Assembly: GCA_040437565.1 (NCBI GenBank)
Contig: JBDOQK010000058.1
Location: forward strand, 1-64,000
Direction of reading: 5' to 3'
Source: Albugo candida
Taxonomy: Eukaryota
Length of the DNA stretch: 64,000 nucleotides
Below are positions 36,609 through 47,900 of the stretch, piece by piece. The translations under genes were made by a program, and so were the position numbers. The notes under the pieces were generated by a model. It did not search any database and had not been told where the DNA came from. It saw only the letters and a list, made by a program, of their open reading frames with translations. Within the stretch, counting starts at the first letter, position 1, and each line of letters starts with the position of its first letter.

Positions 36609-39600
36609 TTAGGAATCACGTTCCGTGACTGATGTCACCATATCTTGAATAGTGCTCAACGGAGGTCGATATATCGCTGGAAGAAGCTTGCGTTGAATAG
36701 AATTGAATGAGTATTTGGCCCTTCCAACGTTTTTCTTTGCGATATCAATTCGAGACCCAAACTCACGCAATATATTGGCGATCCGCTTGATCTCTTCAAC
36801 TTGCGGTGGCTCCAAAATATCAGTTGGCGTCACATTTGATTGTCTGCTTTGTACAATAAGCCGTGCTTCTTCGATGGTAATGCTCATAGCCGTCCGATCC
36901 TTTCCAGATTTGCAGTACGTAACTCGACCTCCATTCAGACATCGAACTGCGTCAGCAGCATGGAGTAAAATCCACGTATTCTTCGCTGAAGCGTTCTCGG
37001 ATCCGACGTACAGCCTCAATTTTTGTAAAGCTTTTTCGATACGTTGATGCGGGTCGGATCCAATGCTTTGAAATCGCTCATAATACTTCATAATGGATCG
37101 TAGACTTGTGCTATTCACTTTGGATTGCAATGAGACACCAGAATGACCGAGAATATTGGCAAAGCTTTGCATTTCATTGATTCCTTGCGTAAATAAGACG
37201 GATGTAATTCCAATAGCTTGTCCTTGACGGAGACTTTGAGGCAGATGATCGTGCAAGGATGTGGGCACTGGAACTCCGATCGTATAGCCGCCTGTGTTCT
37301 CGCTTTTTTTAATGTGAACCTGGTCCAGTGAGTAGTCAAAGTTCTCTATAGAGGTCGCGTATAGCTCGAACACGAAGGATTCCAAATGTCGAATGGCAAA
37401 CCACGCGTCCGATATCATTCGAAGCTCTTTTCCCTGTGATGAGATCAAGCTTTCCCACCCGATAAGAAATCCAATTGAAGCCAGTTGATCTAGAATCTTG
37501 GTCTGTCTTTGTCGTAACCACAAGTCCAAACAGGCAACAAAAGACGTAACCAAAGTGCTCGCAGCTTGCGACACGGAAACGCTCTTACGACTAAAGTATT
37601 CCAATCGAAGAATTTCTTGACGACATAAGACTCGGATCAGATACTCTTTATCGATATTTCCAGCTGGTCCGAGAGGTTCCTCGGTATCCAGTCGCTGTGG
37701 TGGATACTTGAATAACACCTCTTTGCTCTCGTGTGATGCTTTTGAAGGTGACTGGCGTCGAGATGGGCGAACGCTTCGTAATTTGTTGGACAATGTCTGT
37801 TGCTTTGGCTCTGTATTACCCCATGAATGTGAAGCTGCGACTCGAAGTGAAGGCTTTTTCATCGAGATCTTTAAATTCCAATTCTGTTTGCTATTTGTAC
37901 AATCTTCAGTCGCTATGTCTTGGATGTCATAAGCTTCCGTTAGTTCTTTGGCTTGGTCGAGTGGATCTTCTTCACCAAACAATGTGCTTAAAGATGGATA
38001 CAAGTAATCTTTCGGTGCATCTTCCTGAACGAGACAAGTCGTGCTAAGGTCCACAGACTTGGTTGTCCACGTTGTGTGTCGATCCAGTATGCCTTGTAAT
38101 CGCTTCAATTCCACTTCGATCTCACACAAGCCACGATCGGTGAGTCCCATTGCGTGAGCAGCAGGTGCACCGCATGTCACCATCACATGTGTGCTTCCAG
38201 CAGCAGGATCCAACTGAGCGACTTGAGTGATTCCTTCGGTATCAAACGTAAGAAGATCTTGAACTGGAACCTTTGCATCCTCTTTCTTGACTTTGTGATC
38301 AGTATTGTTGTAATCGATTTGGAGATAGGAAACATGGAGATTCGTAGGCAATGCTTGTATACTGGAACACTGTTTATCAGCACTCGATTTGAAAGTTTTT
38401 CCTTGAGAAGCCAGCGTACAGCACGTTTCGACCCAATTTTCCATTTCCATAAGCCGCAGATTTATATTCAGCACATGAGGATGGAGAAATGCTAATGGCA
38501 TTTCCTGATGCAAATAGTGCGAAGAAAATGCATTCCGAGTGTCGATGTTCGACTTTGCAGCCAAAGGCGATTGTTTCTCGTCGCTATTTGCCAGTAGTAC
38601 TGATACTTTCACGTGTATCTGGCCGCAATAAGAGTCATTCTCGCTACTTCTCACGTCATACCAATCAGAATGCGTCAAGCAAGTCACAGGCTCACCATTA
38701 TCGGCTTCAGGGTCCATGACACATTGTTTGATTTCCATCTGACCTTGAATACTTGCTAAGGGAAGAATCACTTCTCCAATTGATTCCTGTTCCACACCAC
38801 TAATATACGAATGCTGTTCATCAAACAGCTCCATACGGAGCCATCCTGGTAGTCGCTCTTCTTCTTTAAAAATGGCTTTCTGGTAAAATTTGAGCTGTTT
38901 TTGATTATTCTCTGGTGCAATTTCCACGTGACTCGGTAAAGCAGACGAATTGCAGTAGCCCGAATGTGATTTTGTGGGAGAAGTTTTCTTCAAGGAAGCT
39001 GCGGTATGCCCCCACATGGGATCACTCAAACCGTACTCTGTGTTTGTACGTCCAACAATGATCTCGTAGGAGCTGCCTTGCATCCCTTTGCCATGGTGAA
39101 CGACCACAAAAGGATTCAAACAGCAGCGAGCATGGTCTTCACTTGTAGCTTCAGCATTAAATTGTGCTTTATTGGGGCTCCTAAGTATATTCACGATATT
39201 GGCTCGTCCTTGAGCGATCGAAAAGGCGTTTGCGTGTTGTGTTCCTCCAGTCGATTGGTTGGGATTTCCATCAAAATTACCGAAACCAGGTATACGTCTC
39301 TTGTTATTATTCTCTCTCTCTATAGCTTTCCAATTGCGTAACGATCGACCCGCGATAATTTGGACTCGGTATACATCGTATCGGTACGCAAGAGCTTCCG
39401 CATCATTCTCAAATTGCATGTTGATTACCCGAGCGTTCGTATACCTCTGAAACCACTCACTTTGTATACTTGCAAGCTCAGAGTGATAGATTGAAAGCAT
39501 TTGCATTGGAACCTGAAGAGTGTAGTCAACTTCAGCAACCTCCTCGCTAGCGTATACGTTCGTTTGCGAAGTATCCATGGCAAGTCGATCGACAGATTCA

Positions 39601-40427
39601 TCTGTGACCCGATGTGGACATAGAGTTGCCTTGTTCTTGGCTTGAGAGAGCCATTGAGCAGAGAACCGAAAAAACTTCATAATTGGATGTCTTAAGCGAT
39701 AGAGCATTGTTTCCTCAGGCCGTAGATCCATAAAGTCTACGCGACAGGCGGCGTTTCCTTCCCCAATGGACGAGTCAATGGGAAGTTTCATTGACAATCC
39801 CGTTTTTGCATTCGACAATAAGTCTTTCAAACAAGTGACAGCGGCTCCATATATCGGAGCATTTCGGTGATGACTGGAGCCATTTTCATCCGGCAATACC
39901 ACTCGAAACATCACTTGGCGATCATGACAAGTTTGTATGGCAATTAGAAGCTGGCAGCCAACCGAGAAACTGGGGTGTGTACTTTTTTGACGTTCGGTAC
40001 AAAATATGAGCTGCGGTCCATTTTTATCTGATTCTGAGAAGCGATCAGAATCAGGCATGGAATGAATATCTGCTTGCTCTTGGCCGAGATAGACTTGAAC
40101 CGCTACGTTGGGAGATACATCTGCAAGCGACTTTGCTTGTTTGACTTTAGAAGCGAACGCGGACGACTGGGAAAGCATACTCAAAGCCCCGCGAACAAAA
40201 GTCTGTGCACTGTTCCTTCCTGATGCATTGAAAGCATTGCCGTCAATGTTAGTGCAAGAAATGAAAAATGCTAGTTCGGACATGGCGCTCTGCTGGTCGT
40301 TTTCGACTTTGAATGAGAGAGTTGTAGAATTAGATTTCAGCTTACTCGATGAGCTTAAGGAGGCCACGGGTAACTCATTCATCCCTAAAAGATCAATTGA
40401 TCTTAACTGATCAGAGTCCTGTTGCAT
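36609..40427 (-). CDS. Inositol polyphosphate 4-phosphatase (INPP4 family) with C2-like domain, single exon
   Basis: Catalytic CX5R motif CKSGKDRTAMS, plus VLFTQGINEMQ, LPTNLH, VTCGAPAAH and WESLIS..GKE. A C2-like segment reads RVQIIAGRSL..NPFVVV..VGRT..DPMW..IGEVILPL. Confidence 0.92.
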   Translation of the reverse strand: MQQDSDQLRSIDLLGMNELPVASLSSSSKLKSNSTTLSFKVENDQQSAMSELAFFISCTNIDGNAFNASGRNSAQTFVRGALSMLSQSSAFASKVKQAKSLADVSPNVAVQVYLGQEQADIHSMPDSDRFSESDKNGPQLIFCTERQKSTHPSFSVGCQLLIAIQTCHDRQVMFRVVLPDENGSSHHRNAPIYGAAVTCLKDLLSNAKTGLSMKLPIDSSIGEGNAACRVDFMDLRPEETMLYRLRHPIMKFFRFSAQWLSQAKNKATLCPHRVTDESVDRLAMDTSQTNVYASEEVAEVDYTLQVPMQMLSIYHSELASIQSEWFQRYTNARVINMQFENDAEALAYRYDVYRVQIIAGRSLRNWKAIERENNNKRRIPGFGNFDGNPNQSTGGTQHANAFSIAQGRANIVNILRSPNKAQFNAEATSEDHARCCLNPFVVVHHGKGMQGSSYEIIVGRTNTEYGLSDPMWGHTAASLKKTSPTKSHSGYCNSSALPSHVEIAPENNQKQLKFYQKAIFKEEERLPGWLRMELFDEQHSYISGVEQESIGEVILPLASIQGQMEIKQCVMDPEADNGEPVTCLTHSDWYDVRSSENDSYCGQIHVKVSVLLANSDEKQSPLAAKSNIDTRNAFSSHYLHQEMPLAFLHPHVLNINLRLMEMENWVETCCTLASQGKTFKSSADKQCSSIQALPTNLHVSYLQIDYNNTDHKVKKEDAKVPVQDLLTFDTEGITQVAQLDPAAGSTHVMVTCGAPAAHAMGLTDRGLCEIEVELKRLQGILDRHTTWTTKSVDLSTTCLVQEDAPKDYLYPSLSTLFGEEDPLDQAKELTEAYDIQDIATEDCTNSKQNWNLKISMKKPSLRVAASHSWGNTEPKQQTLSNKLRSVRPSRRQSPSKASHESKEVLFKYPPQRLDTEEPLGPAGNIDKEYLIRVLCRQEILRLEYFSRKSVSVSQAASTLVTSFVACLDLWLRQRQTKILDQLASIGFLIGWESLISSQGKELRMISDAWFAIRHLESFVFELYATSIENFDYSLDQVHIKKSENTGGYTIGVPVPTSLHDHLPQSLRQGQAIGITSVLFTQGINEMQSFANILGHSGVSLQSKVNSTSLRSIMKYYERFQSIGSDPHQRIEKALQKLRLYVGSENASAKNTWILLHAADAVRCLNGGRVTYCKSGKDRTAMSITIEEARLIVQSRQSNVTPTDILEPPQVEEIKRIANILREFGSRIDIAKKNVGRAKYSFNSIQRKLLPAIYRPPLSTIQDMVTSVTERDS

Positions 40428-40669
40428 CGTGTGCGCCACGTCGAGGTAAAGAGGCCGCAATGTAGAGGCACTTTACAGCGACAGTAAAAGCTATAGCTTA
40501 CTTACGAACAAGAGCTACGTACGGCGAACTTATCCTTAAGTTCTCGACAACTTGATTGCATTAGAAGTTNNNNNNNNNNNNNNNNNNNNNNNNNNNNNNN
40601 NNNNNNNNNNNNNNNNNNNNNNNNNNNNNNNNNNNNNNNNNNNNNNNNNNNNNNNNNNNNNNNNNNNNN

Positions 40670-41258
40670 GCCATGACGTTTGTACGGTACAGATGAAGAA
40701 TTGACTCCCATTAGTGTTTTCGCCAGCATTGGCCATACTCAAAGTTCCGATACCAGTGTGCTTCCTACGTATGTAAATGAGTATTGAAACCATCATCCAC
40801 CAAAGCCGACGTACAGTTTGAAATTCTCGTCTTCAAATTTCTCACCATAAATGCTTTCTCCTCCCATGCCATTCCCGAGCGTAAAGTCACCCTATATTGA
40901 TCACAAGAACATCAGAAGAGATCAAATGTGCACAAATTTTGCGTGTACTTGCCCCTTGAATCATAAAGTTGGGTATAATTCGGTGGAAGGAGCTTCCTTT
41001 ATAGTGTAATGGCTTGCCAGATTTACCGATACCCTTCTCTCCGGTGCACAATGCTCGGAAATTTTCAACGGTTTTGGGGACAGCGTTGCCGTACAACCCC
41101 ATAACAATTCGTTGCGTGGACCCACCTCCTATTTGTACGTCAAAATAGACTTGATGCGTTATCTCTTTTAAATCTGACTTATCGCTTTTCTTCGAAACTG
41201 ACAGGATTGTCTGCAGAAGAGCGCAAGAGATAGTGATGCAAAGAATCCAATTCATCAT
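40670..41258 (-). CDS. Cyclophilin-type peptidyl-prolyl isomerase with signal peptide (CypB-like); 3' end lost in N gap
   Basis: Hydrophobic N-terminus, then [52 protein letters not shown], and [19 protein letters not shown]. Two short introns. Confidence 0.95.
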
Positions 41259-41355
41259 TCTAATTGCAACGAGAAAGAAAAGTGAGGCTCTGGTTCGACT
41301 CCCAAAAAAAGTATCTGATTGGTCCATATTTAATCAGGTAATTACAAAAGCATCT

Positions 41356-42495
41356 CTAAGTCAGATCCTCAGTGGCCGGAACGCACATTTGCTCATATCG
41401 CACGCGTTTGCATCCAAATTTGCTATTTCTGCACACGGGAGAGTTCTTCGAGCAAGGTGGATTCAATTTTGTTAGCTCATCGACCGTAGGAATCGGTAGC
41501 ATGTTTTTTTCTTTTGCTTGTTTGTTGTAAAATTCGATAAGAGTTTCAACCCTCCAAGCACAGGCTTCCGTGCTGAATGGATACTTCCAATATGGGAGGC
41601 TCCTCACATTGGACCGGTCCTCTTCGTTATAACTCATCTCAATGCCTTCATACGTTCCGGTTTTATCCTCGCAAAACTCCTTATAATTTGAATACGGCTT
41701 CTTCGTGATGGAGCTATTGAGGGAAGTGATGCCGACCAGATCGTCGATGGGAACGTATCCGATCAAAGAAACGGAAAACGAGCAAGCTACGCCATCGGGC
41801 ATTGAACGAAACGCACATAATCCACCGCGATACTCCTTTCGACATTCTTTTGATTTTTTCAACCATGTTTGCATGGGACAGCTATTGGGAAACGAGTACC
41901 AGGTCGCAAATTCGTACGGTGCTAATTGATTTCCTGTCTGTTTACCAGCTCCCACAGCGAATCCTGTGTAACCACTCATCGAATTGTTGAACAGGCGAGA
42001 GCAAGAGTTGGTGAGATGAATACCGTCTTTTGTTGTGCAGGCTCCGTTATCCATTGCGATAAAATCGGCAAACTCGGGAATAGCCTCCCATCGTTTGTTC
42101 GCCAATAATGCTGTCGGCTGTTGTAATATGACTTCATAGATATTGATGTATCCCATATTATTTTTGCGCTGGCAATTTGGAAGTTTCTGAACATTTATTC
42201 CCTCGGCTTGGATGTACATGAGTGCGCCTTCGAGGTTTGCTGCGTTAGTACAATCAAAAGTAGCCCGAAAGTTTTCAGCAAAATTGTCATAATACGTCGG
42301 AGTGTAAGTTTTATGTTCTGTATCAAAGACTGCTCGATCCGATACGACACGAGCCAGAATCATTCTGACAGGCGTGAATGTGTTTTGCTCCTGCCGCTTT
42401 GTATTGCCTTCGTCACGGGGGCTGACGAGTACGCTCAAAACCACGATGATGCCATACAAGTGGATGATGGTGATCAGCGATGGAGCAAATTGCAT
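41356..42495 (-). CDS. Secreted cysteine-rich hypothetical protein (~379 aa)
   Basis: Signal-peptide-like MQFAPSLITIIHLYGIIVVLSVLVS, a long intact ORF and many Cys. The motifs EGALMYIQAEGIN, CQRKNNM, FIAMDNGAC and WYSFPNSC recall a conserved oomycete family of unknown function (from memory, not searched). Confidence 0.8.
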   Translation of the reverse strand: MQFAPSLITIIHLYGIIVVLSVLVSPRDEGNTKRQEQNTFTPVRMILARVVSDRAVFDTEHKTYTPTYYDNFAENFRATFDCTNAANLEGALMYIQAEGINVQKLPNCQRKNNMGYINIYEVILQQPTALLANKRWEAIPEFADFIAMDNGACTTKDGIHLTNSCSRLFNNSMSGYTGFAVGAGKQTGNQLAPYEFATWYSFPNSCPMQTWLKKSKECRKEYRGGLCAFRSMPDGVACSFSVSLIGYVPIDDLVGITSLNSSITKKPYSNYKEFCEDKTGTYEGIEMSYNEEDRSNVRSLPYWKYPFSTEACAWRVETLIEFYNKQAKEKNMLPIPTVDELTKLNPPCSKNSPVCRNSKFGCKRVRYEQMCVPATEDLT

Positions 42496-42766
42496 GGAAA
42501 TTATCTGGCAGGCCAAGCTTGAGACTCTCTTTCGGAGGCTTTGAGCGCAAAAATGTGAATTTGAGACTATTTAGTTTCTGCATTATTGCTTCTATGACTA
42601 AGTGCCACGTCAACAGTCGACAAGGAGGGGTACGAATGACTCGTTGTAACTTGAAGAGGGCAACCGTATCTGTCCAGGAACGGATGGTGGTCACATACCC
42701 ACCCAGAATGAGATGACCACGTACCTCGGGTAGAGGGTATCCAAGATTCAAAGAGAAAACAGTTGG

Positions 42767-43555
42767 CTATGATGTATTTCGATAAGCATTCTGGTCAGCT
42801 ACAAGTGTCCGTCCGAGAAGGAATAGATAACCCAAAACAATCATCAATGCCAAATTGAATCGATTCTGATGTCCAAATTGATTTAATCCCCACACTCCAC
42901 TATTCAATCCCTGAACAACTGTCATTGCGCCAAAAGCAGAGCTACTGAACCCTATGATTCGGTGATATGTATCCCTCCAAAGCCACTTGATTCTCTTGCC
43001 AGCACATACTGTTCTTATGACACCCTACAATAACGCATGGCAATGACACGAGTAATGATTGTAAGTTGTGCTTCTGCATACACTGAATAGATTCACGATA
43101 TAAAAGCCAAATGACAAGACAGCCACCCACGAATGACTCGATGTGAAGTGCTGTTTCTTACTCATGCTTTTGTTCGCGTAAATGACAACTCCTCCCACCA
43201 GCATGCACGTAAAAGCCAGCAATTGACACGCGAGATGTATTTGCGTTAATCGCACTCTGACAGGACAATTTAGCATTTCACTGAGACGACGAAACAATAC
43301 GCTACCGTCTCGTGTAATTCGAGCTGTTTTTTCTCTCTGACATGACAAAAAGCGCACTACAATTTGTATGAGCTTAAATCAAAATGACATGCGGAATAGG
43401 GTCACAAATCACATTGGCGCCAGAAATAGCTGCGAAATCGAATTTAGTGCAGGATGAAGTGCAAACAACGTCTGCGTACGAATACACGCGTACAGGATGC
43501 AGCAACAGGGAGTCATAAACAGAACACATAGCACAAAAACTTGAGCTCTAGCCAT
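42767..43555 (-). CDS. Cytochrome b561 domain-containing protein (CYB561D-like), multi-exon
   Basis: Transmembrane segments with haem-ligand-like His motifs: LFALHPAL, QIHLACQLLA, NKSMSKKQHFTSSHSW. Confidence 0.8.
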
Positions 43556-43843
43556 ACTTTGATCGCTTGAATTAATAACCAATGATACCAATAATGCTTG
43601 GGGCGGAATGCTTCGTACTCGAAGTTGGTCTCATTTTAGAGTTAATTCCGATAGCTCCTCACCCACTGCTTTCACATCGGTCTCATTCACTAGCGTTCTC
43701 TCCGCTTCGACTTCTTCGCGATCATATAACATTGAAAAAAGCANNNNNNNNNNNNNNNNNNNNNNNNNNNNNNNNNNNNNNNNNNNNNNNNNNNNNNNNN
43801 NNNNNNNNNNNNNNNNNNNNNNNNNNNNNNNNNNNNNNNNNNN

Positions 43844-44906
43844 CGGATGGTGGTCACATACCCACCCAGAATGAGATGACCACGTACCTCGGGTAGAGGG
43901 TATCCAAGATTCAAAGAGAAAACAGTTGGCTATGATGTATTTCGATAAGCATTCTGGTCAGCTACAAGTGTCCGTCCGAGAAGGAATAGATAACCCAAAA
44001 CAATCATCAATGCCAAATTGAATCGATTCTGATGTCCAAATTGATTTAATCCCCACACTCCACTATTCAATCCCTGAACAACTGTCATTGCGCCAAAAGC
44101 AGAGCTACTGAACCCTATGATTCGGTGATATGTATCCCTCCAAAGCCACTTGATTCTCTTGCCAGCACATACTGTTCTTATGACACCCTACAATAACGCA
44201 TGGCAATGACACGAGTAATGATTGTAAGTTGTGCTTCTGCATACACTGAATAGATTCACGATATAAAAGCCAAATGACAAGACAGCCACCCACGAATGAC
44301 TCGATGTGAAGTGCTGTTTCTTACTCATGCTTTTGTTCGCGTAAATGACAACTCCTCCCACCAGCATGCACGTAAAAGCCAGCAATTGACACGCGAGATG
44401 TATTTGCGTTAATCGCACTCTGACAGGACAATTTAGCATTTCACTGAGACGACGAAACAATACGCTACCGTCTCGTGTAATTCGAGCTGTTTTTTCTCTC
44501 TGACATGACAAAAAGCGCACTACAATTTGTATGAGCTTAAATCAAAATGACATGCGGAATAGGGTCACAAATCACATTGGCGCCAGAAATAGCTGCGAAA
44601 TCGAATTTAGTGCAGGATGAAGTGCAAACAACGTCTGCGTACGAATACACGCGTACAGGATGCAGCAACAGGGAGTCATAAACAGAACACATAGCACAAA
44701 AACTTGAGCTCTAGCCATACTTTGATCGCTTGAATTAATAACCAATGATACCAATAATGCTTGGGGCGGAATGCTTCGTACTCGAAGTTGGTCTCATTTT
44801 AGAGTTAATTCCGATAGCTCCTCACCCACTGCTTTCACATCGGTCTCATTCACTAGCGTTCTCTCCGCTTCGACTTCTTCGCGATCATATAACATTGAAA
44901 AAAGCA
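43844..44906. repeat. 1063-bp apparently exact duplicate of 42681-43743, including a second cytochrome b561 copy (43930-44718); probable assembly artefact
   Basis: Same sequence at offset 1163, directly flanking the 100-N gap at 43744-43843. Confidence 0.85.
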
Positions 44907-47900
44907 TTTTCGCTGCTTGTGAGACATCAAACGCTATGCAACGTATATCTTGATCGCATTTTACGCTCAGACATCGACTTACTTGACCAATAACCTCAAA
45001 AAACTCTTTTGATGTGTGCTGGATCGCCTCTTCAAGTATCTCACGCAGTAAAAGCGTAAGACGCTCCCAATTGCGGTCAAGAAACTTCCAAAAACCACAG
45101 ATACATTCCAAGCCTCGAAGCAGCTTGAGTGCGTCATTGTCCATTTCGACATTCTGAAGTAGAAACTCGTAAACCAGAATCTCACTTGCTATTGTGACAA
45201 AGGATTCGATAGATGTGCTTGATTTCCCCTCATCAGTAGAGAGCTTATGACTACCAAGTCGTCTGTTTAGAACTTCCCGGATAAATGCGACCAAGAGGAC
45301 GAACAGCTCTGAGGCTTGTGGGAGTTGTGACTTAACACGTGCCAATTGAGATCTACAATGCTCGTATCGCTTCTTCCATTCTTCTTCTATTTTGCGCATT
45401 GGATCATCGCCTTTAAATTCAGGATCCTCGTCATAACAGAGATAAAGACGGAAGTGTTGCATGACATAGTGCGACGTCGCACAAAGCCGAACGTATATGA
45501 AAGGATCGATAACGAGACAATGAGAAAAATTTCCCTCAATGCGTAACCAGTCGGTGATTTTGTCACGTAATACGTTCAAACAGACGTTTGTTGGTGTCTT
45601 AATCATAATCAGCATATCCACACTCTCTAATGCATCTAATGCAACCAGCGAGGTATCTACGCGACAGATTGTATAGTCAATGTCATTGTCCGGTACAGCA
45701 TGATCCACTGCTTGTGCTAGATGATGGGCTATTTGAGCGATTTGCGTTTGGATCAATTCGCTCGGTCCAATGTCCAAGAGATCCATTGCATCCAAAAGTC
45801 GATAATGATGTCGGGTATCAATCGAAGACGAAACCCTCATCTTGCAGGTCGCCACACGGGGCTCCATGGAATCCAACAACGCTGCTGAGAAGCATAATGG
45901 AACGTAGCAAATTAAAGAATGCTGAAATCGGGTCGCTAAGGCGCTGCAAAGCCAGAAATTGTCTTCCAAGACAATGGACTCCCTATGGAATGTGCAGTAA
46001 ACAATATTGATCTGTTCAATGTGTTCGACATCACAGACAAGTTGCGTTATGATTGCTTCGACTTTTTCGGCGACTGGTCCCTCGGATATGAATTGCTCAC
46101 AAACGTGAAATTTTAATTGATTCGGCCGAAGAGGAGCAAAAATCGAATCCAAGAATACGATTTCTTTTGCATCGCTTTGTTCTGAGCTTCTGATACAAAG
46201 TATCCGGAGTGAGGTACATAAGCTGCCGATGTGATGCTTCAGCCGTTGTAAACATATCAAGCGCTGGACGAGATCCTGCACCGATAAATTTAAGTCGAAA
46301 GTCATCGGTGGGCTGTCCACATATACAACGACCACCTGCTTTATTTGTATCGTTTTGCCAAGACTCCAGCACGCTTTTGATGACGTAGGACACCGAAAAT
46401 ACCATGGAAAGGATCGATATACATGAGAGATTGAGGCACCATTCACGTTGAGCTGTATCCCAAGTTTCATGTCAATGGGAAGAAAACACGCTTCAGTCTT
46501 GATCCCTTTTTTTACTGATTCGTCTATCATCTTGAGAAGCGCTCCAGAGTAGACAGGTCTCACCTTAGGAGCGAGAGAGTACGTGATGTGAGGATATTTT
46601 TGTCGTAAAAGCAGGTCGGAGCTTGGGTCTAGCTCAACTTTGAGAACATGAGCACGAACGTCCGAGCAAATAGTGACTGCCTGGATGATATGATTGCTTC
46701 CAAAATTGACGCTTCGTAAATATTCTCTGGTCGGATTGTAAAATAGAGTGACATGATGGGCGAGTACGCGCCGAAACTTTGGTGGAAATGTATCTATGAT
46801 TTTGTTGCGTTCTTGTTGTGAAAGGAAAAGACACACGTAAAGAACATTAGGAAGAGAGCATCTTGGGCCTCCACTCCAAGCCTCGAAACCCAATCGATGT
46901 GTGAGAAAAGCCATGATGCAATCTTCCTCTCTGGATAGCACAGGTCGTACTATCGCGCTCCGAGTGTCTTCTTCCCATCGCATCCACATTTGAAGCACTC
47001 GACTGATAGGAACTCCATGTGAGTTTCTTTTCGCCATTGCATAAGCCGTTCCAATATCACTGCACTGTACTTCCACGATACGCACTCGACCACAGCAGAA
47101 ATTACGACTTGTATCGATATACTTTACATATTCTCGCCGCGTTACATTGGTGTTATCCAGCACGATAACATGCTGAGAGTCTCGGTTCTCTGGATCCAGA
47201 CTGGAGAGAATATCACGCTTGAAAGAGCCGAAACAATGTTTATGTGCTTTATGAAGTTCATTCCTATCGAATCGGTACCCACGCCGCCTTTCAAAGTACA
47301 AATCTGCTGAGCAAATTGACACTTTCCAGTGAATCTGAGATAAGTATCTAGACAGGTCGCGAGCCACAGTGCTTTTGCCACTTCCAGGGATTCCACGAAG
47401 GATAATAATCCAGGGCTTGTGATGAGTGTCGTCGTCATTTGACACTTGTATCATTTCAGTGATCAAAACCCGGGTGCGATCATCTTTGATGGAGTCAAGA
47501 AGCAACTGGTGCGATATATTGAGTGTCTTCGTTTGGGGTTGTGCTTCACAATGAGGCAAGAGGATCTCCTGCAGCAGCGTTTGTGAGCTCGTACTGCCAC
47601 CAGATGTCTTTCCATACAGCCTGACGCTTCTAATTCTTGCATTTCCTCTCCGAAGTATACGCATGCAGTCAATGCTACCCGTCAGACTTGAAAAATACCA
47701 GTCTAATTGCGACGTGGAAGATAGTTCAAGTGATTGTAATCGCAATGAAATCTGTTGCACGATTTTGTAAATTGTATCGATCGCAATTTCATCCCATTTT
47801 GAGTCGAATGTGCCAGTCGGATGATCTAACTGAGACTTATTGCATTCAAATGCACGTATCGTACATGAAAATTGCTGAGATTTCCATTTTAGAAAAGTAG

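Noticed and set aside
36703..40410. Numerous short plus-strand ORFs
   Set aside because: They are antisense shadows of the INPP4 coding sequence.
42681..44906. Tandem duplication of the cytochrome b561 gene
   Set aside because: The copies appear identical, including introns, and flank an N gap. This is probably an artefact; read depth would settle it.
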